From NCBI GenBank assembly GCA_000146045.2, contig BK006942.2, positions 320,001 to 384,000 on the forward strand: a stretch of 64,000 bases of DNA. Direction: 5' to 3'. This document shows positions 57,287 through 64,000 of this stretch, in pieces; the first letter of the stretch is position 1, and each line of letters begins with the position of its first letter. A program made the translations under genes and the position numbers. Under the pieces are notes generated by a model that saw only the letters and a list, made by a program, of their open reading frames with translations, made no database searches and was not told the origin of the DNA. Source of the stretch: TPA_inf: Saccharomyces. Taxonomy: Eukaryota.

Positions 57287-58246
57287 TTAGTTAAAGGGCG
57301 AATCAGTAGCAGCGCTACCACTATTGTTATTGTTTTCGTTTGCTGTCATGGTATCGTGGTGGTAAATAATACTTTCTTGAAGTGATAATGTTGATGACGA
57401 TGCTGCTGAAGGGCTACCCATATCTAAAGATTTGAACAGCTGGAGTGGGCGTTCCAATAACCCATTTGAATGTTCATTGTATACCTGTAATCTTGTCATA
57501 TGACTTTTCCAGACGGAGCTATTATCTGCTAATAAAATTATCCTGTCACGGGCAACATGTTCAATAAGCGTACACCATACGTGAGACAATTGTTCAATGC
57601 ATTTATCGTAGTAGTAATTATTACTAGCTAATTCAAATCTGGGCAATTTGATAACTAATTCCGTGCAAATGTCTAAGAATTTTAATGATGCGTGCAAATT
57701 TTCCAAACGTGGTGGAATGTTATCCAGTATGAAATCCACCAAACAGTTTAAGAACTCCAGAATTTGAGGTTTCATTCTCACGAAAGCATAGTCATCTAAT
57801 TTATTACTCTCATAAGACCTATTGTAAGGTATGCTCTGGTAAACGGCTTCTGATTTTTGTTTCAACATGTCCAGACACTTTTGTATACTGAAGTCTAATC
57901 CGATGACTCTCGTATGTACGCTTTGTTGTATTTCTGGATGTTTTGTCATCAAATCCACCAACAACTGCTGTAATTGGTTCTTGTTCATTAGTTCCATGCC
58001 TCGTTGCAAGGGCAGAGGCTGCCCTCTGATGAGCGATCCTGGCTGAGGCCTCCTCTTGGAGACGCCCCCATATTTCATCACATTCTTGTTACGAGGTAGT
58101 TCTTCCTCTTCTTGCTCCTCGTTGGCATACCGCCTTTTTTGTTTCACTCCAGCAGTTGGAATCATTACATTGCCTGTGCCTTGTGAACTGACTGTACTCT
58201 GTGTTATTTTACTGCTGGGTTTAAAACCCCATTCAAACCCCATCAT
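57287..58246 (-). CDS. STS1: STS1 (DBF8), nuclear import factor for proteasomes (319 aa)
   Basis: 319-aa ORF starting [13 protein letters not shown] with a basic NLS-like segment ([15 protein letters not shown]). The position, convergent with DSN1, fits. Confidence 0.75.
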
Positions 58247-58485
58247 AATGCTATACTGTCCTGTGTTTGTTGCTTTTGCCAGGTACCTTCGAACACACTA
58301 AGTGAGAATACTTGGTTAAGTATATTTTTAAGTAAGAAATTCCCACTCGCCGCATTATCACCCGCCCGCCGTTTCTTTTTCTGGCAAAATTTTCACTATG
58401 AATAACTAAAGAGATACATTCGATGGGCTTTAGATGAGGCCTTTTGAAGACCAAAACAGCACCAAATAGCGACACATTAAGCGTA

Positions 58486-59781
58486 ATGGAACCTCAAGAA
58501 GAGTTTATAACTACCGAAGAAGTTGAGCAGGAGATTGTGCCCACTGTGGAGGTCGAACAAGACGTTCCCGTTGATATTGAAGGAGAGAATGACGACGATG
58601 ATGAAATGATGAATGATGATGAGGAAGCTTTGGAGGTCGACATGTCCAACAACTCGCTTACCTATTTCGATAAGCACACAGACTCCGTGTTTGCCATTGG
58701 CCATCATCCTAACCTGCCGCTAGTATGTACCGGTGGGGGTGATAACTTGGCACATCTTTGGACATCACATTCACAGCCACCCAAGTTTGCTGGCACTCTA
58801 ACCGGTTATGGCGAATCTGTGATTTCATGTTCTTTCACTTCTGAAGGGGGCTTCTTGGTCACTGCCGATATGTCGGGGAAGGTTCTTGTACACATGGGTC
58901 AAAAAGGTGGCGCTCAGTGGAAGTTGGCATCGCAAATGCAAGAAGTCGAAGAGATTGTTTGGCTGAAAACTCATCCCACTATAGCAAGGACGTTTGCGTT
59001 TGGTGCAACTGATGGATCTGTTTGGTGCTACCAGATTAATGAGCAGGATGGTTCTTTGGAACAGTTAATGTCTGGTTTTGTACACCAGCAAGATTGCTCT
59101 ATGGGTGAATTCATTAACACCGACAAGGGTGAAAATACGCTGGAATTAGTCACTTGTTCTTTGGATAGCACTATTGTGGCATGGAATTGCTTCACTGGCC
59201 AACAATTATTTAAGATCACACAGGCAGAAATCAAGGGATTAGAAGCTCCATGGATTTCCCTATCATTAGCTCCGGAAACTTTGACCAAGGGTAACTCGGG
59301 TGTCGTGGCATGTGGGTCCAACAATGGTCTTCTGGCAGTAATTAATTGTAACAATGGCGGTGCGATTTTACATTTATCTACAGTGATTGAACTAAAGCCA
59401 GAACAAGACGAATTAGATGCCTCCATTGAATCCATTTCTTGGTCATCCAAATTCTCCCTTATGGCCATTGGCCTTGTCTGCGGTGAAATACTCTTATATG
59501 ATACAAGTGCATGGAGAGTAAGACACAAGTTTGTTCTCGAAGATTCTGTTACAAAACTTATGTTTGATAATGATGACTTATTCGCATCGTGTATCAATGG
59601 TAAGGTTTACCAGTTTAATGCAAGAACTGGCCAAGAGAAGTTTGTTTGTGTGGGCCATAATATGGGGGTTCTTGATTTTATATTACTGCATCCTGTGGCA
59701 AATACCGGCACCGAGCAGAAGAGAAAAGTAATAACTGCAGGTGATGAAGGTGTATCTCTGGTGTTCGAGGTACCAAACTGA
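58486..59781 (+). CDS. SQT1: SQT1, WD40-repeat chaperone for ribosomal protein uL16 (431 aa)
   Basis: Track start 58444 is TTG. The ATG at 58486 gives 431 aa. An acidic N-terminus (EGENDDDDEMMNDDEE) is followed by WD40 repeats. Confidence 0.85.
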   Translation: MEPQEEFITTEEVEQEIVPTVEVEQDVPVDIEGENDDDDEMMNDDEEALEVDMSNNSLTYFDKHTDSVFAIGHHPNLPLVCTGGGDNLAHLWTSHSQPPKFAGTLTGYGESVISCSFTSEGGFLVTADMSGKVLVHMGQKGGAQWKLASQMQEVEEIVWLKTHPTIARTFAFGATDGSVWCYQINEQDGSLEQLMSGFVHQQDCSMGEFINTDKGENTLELVTCSLDSTIVAWNCFTGQQLFKITQAEIKGLEAPWISLSLAPETLTKGNSGVVACGSNNGLLAVINCNNGGAILHLSTVIELKPEQDELDASIESISWSSKFSLMAIGLVCGEILLYDTSAWRVRHKFVLEDSVTKLMFDNDDLFASCINGKVYQFNARTGQEKFVCVGHNMGVLDFILLHPVANTGTEQKRKVITAGDEGVSLVFEVPN

Positions 59782-60018
59782 TAGATAGTCGCGTATACAT
59801 AAATAACAAAAAAACAAATTCAATAACATAAAATAAAAATACTTTTACATACAGAAGAAGAAACTTTATATATTCGACAAAGGAAAATGTAAAAAAAAAA
59901 AACACATTATTTTAAAAGAACTGCGCTCATTATCGTCGTTAACGATTTTATTATTACATGTTGAACGTTACATTGTCTTTTTGTCCCGATAGGTTGAAAG
60001 CTGAAAAAGTATAATGGG

Positions 60019-60384
60019 TCAGAATCTGACAGTTCCGGTAAGTTCTTTGGGGATCCTTCTCTTAGTCCCGGTACCTTTAATTTGCTCCATGTATCTTTTA
60101 GCAGCTGCTCTACCGAAGCGCAGAATCAATTTTCTAAAAAACAACCCACAAGCATTACACAGGCAAGCAGCACCGTTAGGGCCCTCCCTCCATTGTAATG
60201 AAGTCTTAATCTCTCCACATTGCCCACATGTCCTAGTAATGCCCGTTCTTGGTCGAGCAGGCTGAGAGTCAGCGTTCCTAGGGAGGCCATGTTGTGCCTC
60301 TGATCCGCTATTCAACAGCAATTGAACGGGGACTTTTTTGAAGGCTGTTCCGTTTGAAATCACAATAGGCAACTTAGTGGACAT
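60019..60384 (-). CDS. GAT4: GAT4, small GATA-type zinc-finger protein (121 aa)
   Basis: A single GATA zinc finger, [33 protein letters not shown], in a 121-aa ORF. Confidence 0.85.
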   Translation of the reverse strand: MSTKLPIVISNGTAFKKVPVQLLLNSGSEAQHGLPRNADSQPARPRTGITRTCGQCGEIKTSLQWREGPNGAACLCNACGLFFRKLILRFGRAAAKRYMEQIKGTGTKRRIPKELTGTVRF

Positions 60385-60983
60385 AGCGACCCTGTAATGT
60401 TATGTTTCTAGCTAGGAACAGAAAGTGCCAGCTTTTTGAGCAGTTAAAGAGTAAAATGTTTATGTGGTTTCACGGACTTACATGTGAAAGACTAGCCTGG
60501 CGCTATCTAAATTCATGATGAAACTCGATGGCCCTTTCCATGGCACAAAAATCTTGACACATGGATGTGCGCGGCGGCGGTAACCGCACCAAGGAAAAAA
60601 GGGTCCAATGCCAAGAAATAATAAAACGGACCCTTTTTTCTTTTTTTTTGAAATAAAATTGAAAGAGAAATGCAAACACTTTTCAGGTTTGAAAAGAAAA
60701 GAAAACGTCAAGAATCTTACGCCAAAAGTGCCTAAGATTCAAGTATCTCTGAAAGGCGTACCATTTTCAACAAGGGGCATAGGTGGCCGCAAACTAGGAT
60801 AATTGACAACTTAGTTTCATATTGACAATGTCATCGCAATTGAGGAGATAGCCATAATTCGGGAGGGTACAAAACCTGACCTGCTAGTGTTCAACTAATG
60901 CATCATGGGTACTATAGAGAGCATTCTAGTGGTAGAAAAAAAAAAAAAAACAAACTTTAAACCGGGTAATATAAACTTCTCAT

Positions 60984-61814
60984 ATGGCTTTTCTCCAGGG
61001 AAAGAAAGGGAAGGGATACTTCAATGACGAAGGCTTAGATGACAAGCTAATACAGAAAGGGAAAGGAGCAGGGCATCGGAAGGAAATGTTGCATTTGGAA
61101 GATGACAATGGACGACAAAGGTCAGTGATAGCGAATTTGCAGAAATTCGTTTATTGCTGCCTGTACTTGAGGTTTATCAAAGATGGATCATTATTCTTGA
61201 TCCTCCTGGGGTGGATAATTTCATCGCTCTGTGATTTCATTCAGGAATTGACACTCAGGTACCTGAAGAAGAACTATTTAGAGGTGGGCCGCGACAATGA
61301 TCAGGAAGATGATGAAAGTCTTGCCATCAGAGGGTTAGAAACACCTATTGTAAGAATGATAATAAACAAAGCCATACGATATTACCAAGGCCTAATACTT
61401 CTAGAAACAGCGTACTGTATAGTATACCACATTAGGCTAGACGTATCGAGAGACATATGTTCCAAACCGTACGGATTTGTGATAATGCTTTTGATAAGGG
61501 AATTTACTTGTCCGGTACCCACAGCGTTTCCTAGCAAGCTACTTCTGGTACTACTCGATATTTTATTACTTTTCTGCCAGATTGTAATAATAAACGGCTC
61601 ACTGAGCTCGAGTCTTCAGAACGTGAAACTTATTGTCAAGGAGTTGAATGCAGAAGAAGAGGGCGCACTCAACATTCTCAAACTTAATACCTGGCACATG
61701 GATGCAACCGGACCGGAACTCATAGTACTCAAGAATCATGACAAGTCGATTCCTCAACAGGCAGACGGGGATGACGCTACAGAGATCACTCCTCTACTGA
61801 ATATCGCCGAATAA
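60984..61814 (+). CDS. YIR014W: YIR014W, multi-pass membrane protein of unknown function. The ATG-to-stop ORF is 276 aa. An internal in-frame ATG at 61086 would give 242 aa.
   Basis: ATG at 60984. The product has several predicted TM helices (FLILLGWIISSLC, LLLVLLDILLLFCQIVIINGSL). Confidence 0.6.
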   Translation: MAFLQGKKGKGYFNDEGLDDKLIQKGKGAGHRKEMLHLEDDNGRQRSVIANLQKFVYCCLYLRFIKDGSLFLILLGWIISSLCDFIQELTLRYLKKNYLEVGRDNDQEDDESLAIRGLETPIVRMIINKAIRYYQGLILLETAYCIVYHIRLDVSRDICSKPYGFVIMLLIREFTCPVPTAFPSKLLLVLLDILLLFCQIVIINGSLSSSLQNVKLIVKELNAEEEGALNILKLNTWHMDATGPELIVLKNHDKSIPQQADGDDATEITPLLNIAE

Positions 61815-61947
61815 ATTCAAGAAAGGAAAAGAAAAAAAATTACCAAAATGAAAAGAACGGAAAAAAAAGATGAACAGAAAATAAAACAATACGTGGTTCT
61901 TCTACTGTCCTTCCCACATCGCCGACAGAGAAAAGACAAGCAAAAAG

Positions 61948-62382
61948 ATGGGCAAGAAAGCACACGGAGGAAAGATGAAACCTGAGATCGACGAAAATGG
62001 TACTCTGCTAGTACCGCCACCAAGGACGATTGCGAACCAGGACCATTTCCATAGATTAAACTACCTCTACCAAATATCCGCTTACCAAACAAGAGCAAGA
62101 CAGAAAGCAAGAACAGACGCACATACGCCTTTGGCACGCAATTATATCAAATCAATGGACCTAATTAGTAAGAAAACCAAGACATCACTGCTTCCTACGA
62201 TAAAGAGAACAATTTGTAAAAAATGCCATCGGTTGTTATGGACCCCAAAAAAACTGGAAATCACATCCGACGGAGCGCTTTCGGTAATGTGTGGGTGCGG
62301 TACCGTTAAACGTTTTAATATTGGCGCCGATCCTAATTACAGGACCTACTCGGAGCGGGAGGGTAATCTACTAAATTCTTAG
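61948..62382 (+). CDS. RPR2: RPR2, RNase P protein subunit (Rpp21 homologue) with a zinc ribbon (144 aa)
   Basis: 144-aa ORF. The four-Cys zinc ribbon is CKKCHRLL...CGCG in a basic protein. Confidence 0.85.
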   Translation: MGKKAHGGKMKPEIDENGTLLVPPPRTIANQDHFHRLNYLYQISAYQTRARQKARTDAHTPLARNYIKSMDLISKKTKTSLLPTIKRTICKKCHRLLWTPKKLEITSDGALSVMCGCGTVKRFNIGADPNYRTYSEREGNLLNS

Positions 62383-62627
62383 GGTTATTGGTAGGGTTTT
62401 GGACCAATGTTTTGAGCAGGACAAAAATGCGGAGTTTCCAGATTTTCTTTAAGAGCCGACCCCCCACCCCCTTGCCCCTATACATGGGGTACGTGCCTGT
62501 ATTTTGAGGGAAAACTACGACATAAAACACAGGGAAAAAAACGAGACGCCCGTTTGAAGAAGGTAATGTAGGATTCCGTCTTGCCAGCATAGCGGATAAA
62601 CACCGCAAGGAGGTGTTGTGGTCGGTA

Positions 62628-63425
62628 ATGAGTGGCACGAGGTGTTTGCTAGGCGTCGGACTACCAGTTGATGTGACTGCTACGGAAACTTTGACTCATG
62701 ATGAACAAGGACCAGGTGTAGAGCCAGGACCGTGTTCGCGAGGAAGTTCTATAGATGGTCTGCTGCCCTCGTTGCTCGGTCCACATGATGATGTGGATGA
62801 CGATTCGGCGGCTTTTCACAAGTACATGACACTATCGCGAGATGGCGCAGGCGCCATCCATGCTCCGTCATTAGTCGAAGACGCCTCAAGGAACGACGAC
62901 GACGACGATGATGAAGACGACGACGACAGTTCCATGTCGCGAGACCTATCCAAGGCTCTAGATATGTCATCGTCATCATCGTCCAGCCCGCGCGTTCAAA
63001 GTCGGCGGCACCGTAGTTCTGTGAGCGCAATATCTGCAATCTTACACCAAGGAAAATCTGGCCGCGAAGACATAACTGGAAGCCTTAGCGTTCCGGCAGA
63101 ACAAGAAAAACTCAGTTTTCTTGCCAAAGCCTCGAGTATTTTCTTTCGAAGGAACAGTATGCCCAGAGACAAACATACGCATTCAGTATGTCCCGCTAGC
63201 CGCCCAGATTCCGAGAGATTTATCGTCACATCTGCAGCCGCGCAGTCTTTACGCCGCCAACAACAACTGGAAGACGCTCAGTACGCTCGAGTTATTACAA
63301 ACTTTCGTACTATAGGATGGTGCTCTCCCAGCGAGATAGAGTCTGTGGAATATAAACGGTCCTTGATCAATGCGGAGTGGGACGAAAAGATCTCGCTTTT
63401 GTCTCACGCGCAATGCTATAAATAA
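62628..63425 (+). CDS. YIR016W: YIR016W, acidic, disordered protein of unknown function (265 aa)
   Basis: Track start 62613 is GTG. The ATG at 62628 gives 265 aa. It contains a poly-Asp/Glu tract (DDDDDDEDDDD), is Ser-rich and has no recognisable domain. Confidence 0.6.
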   Translation: MSGTRCLLGVGLPVDVTATETLTHDEQGPGVEPGPCSRGSSIDGLLPSLLGPHDDVDDDSAAFHKYMTLSRDGAGAIHAPSLVEDASRNDDDDDDEDDDDSSMSRDLSKALDMSSSSSSSPRVQSRRHRSSVSAISAILHQGKSGREDITGSLSVPAEQEKLSFLAKASSIFFRRNSMPRDKHTHSVCPASRPDSERFIVTSAAAQSLRRQQQLEDAQYARVITNFRTIGWCSPSEIESVEYKRSLINAEWDEKISLLSHAQCYK

Positions 63426-63555
63426 TAAATATACATATATATATATTTATATGTAGATAGATGTGTGTATATATATGCTAGGTAAAGAAACGGAAAAATC
63501 GAAAAATCGAAGTTGGAGAGGAAAAACAAGACATCAGGCCCGCACGTTTCGCGGG

Positions 63556-64000
63556 CTACCTGCCCATGTTCCGTCTCTTAATGTCATTCAACAATTTCAA
63601 AGACTTAATCTCGTTAATGTCATTGAGCTTTGCTTTCCAAAACTCATTTTCCTTGTTCAATTGCTCTATACGATCGCGAAGTTTGTTGATTTGCGTGTTT
63701 AAGTTCTGCAGCTTATTCATGTTCTCAAAATTCTTTTGTTTCTTGCGAATGCGGAACCGCTGCGACGCCTCTGTGTTCTTTCTTCTCCGCTCTTGCTTAA
63801 TCTTATCCAGTTCGTTAGAAGTGCTCACGGGAGCTTCCTCTTCTTTTACAACAACTGCTGTTGTTGCGGCAACCTTCCCCTTTCTCGGCTCGCGGAGCTT
63901 CTTAAACTGCGAGACATCCTGGCCATTATTTATCATGCTAATGAGCTCCTCCGCGTTGCCACTGCTAACCAGCAGCAATGATAGCAAGCGCGAGCCCAGC
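63556..64000 (-). CDS. MET28: MET28, bZIP transcription factor of the Cbf1-Met4-Met28 complex. The C-terminal ~148 codons are present and the N-terminus lies beyond the right edge of the window.
   Basis: The minus-strand frame is open to the window edge. The product contains a bZIP basic region, KQERRRKNTEASQRFRIRKKQK, followed by a leucine-zipper heptad (LQNLNTQINKLRDRIEQLNKENEFWKAKL). Confidence 0.75.
   Translation of the reverse strand, partial: LGSRLLSLLLVSSGNAEELISMINNGQDVSQFKKLREPRKGKVAATTAVVVKEEEAPVSTSNELDKIKQERRRKNTEASQRFRIRKKQKNFENMNKLQNLNTQINKLRDRIEQLNKENEFWKAKLNDINEIKSLKLLNDIKRRNMGR

Overview
I read this window as a densely genic, well-characterised stretch of Saccharomyces cerevisiae chromosome IX spanning the point centromere, not as a prokaryotic or accessory region. 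About 37 protein-coding genes, four nuclear tRNA genes, the centromere and a small retrotransposon-LTR cluster are identifiable. Gene order, ORF lengths and protein sequences match, from memory and without any database search, the S288C segment YIL017C (VID28) through YIR017C (MET28). Recognisable left-arm genes include BAR1, MNT3, PDR11, TIR3, DOT5, EST3, FAA3, URM1, NAS2, YIA6, EPS1, BET1, CFD1 and INP51. CEN9 has a recognisable CDEI-CDEII-CDEIII. Right-arm genes include SGN1, MPH1, AIM21, DJP1, IST3, PAN1, PRI1, MSL1, DSN1, STS1, SQT1, GAT4 and RPR2. The three distinct tRNA species are tRNA-Asp(GUC) in two copies, tRNA-Thr(AGU) and tRNA-Glu(UUC). The supplied ORF track often begins at TTG or GTG codons, so I moved several starts to the first in-frame ATG that gives the expected protein length. 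The most notable individual features are: (i) EST3, encoded in two frames joined by a +1 programmed ribosomal frameshift at a CUU-AGU-U heptamer; (ii) BET1, with an 11-nt first exon and a 131-nt intron; (iii) a Ty3 sigma LTR exactly 16 bp upstream of tRNA-Asp, followed by a 334-bp Ty1-type delta LTR and a delta fragment; (iv) a near-palindromic 30-bp alpha2-Mcm1-type operator in the BAR1 promoter; (v) in-frame tandem codon repeats in PAN1, TIR3 and DSN1; (vi) a 2.9-kb ORF-free interval between tRNA-Asp and FAA3. I find no credible evidence for a novel or undescribed biological system. Everything that looks like a system is explained by known yeast biology. The only stretches I cannot explain are the 2.9-kb ORF-free interval at 16421..19343 (gene-like in size) and the paired small hairpins inside it.
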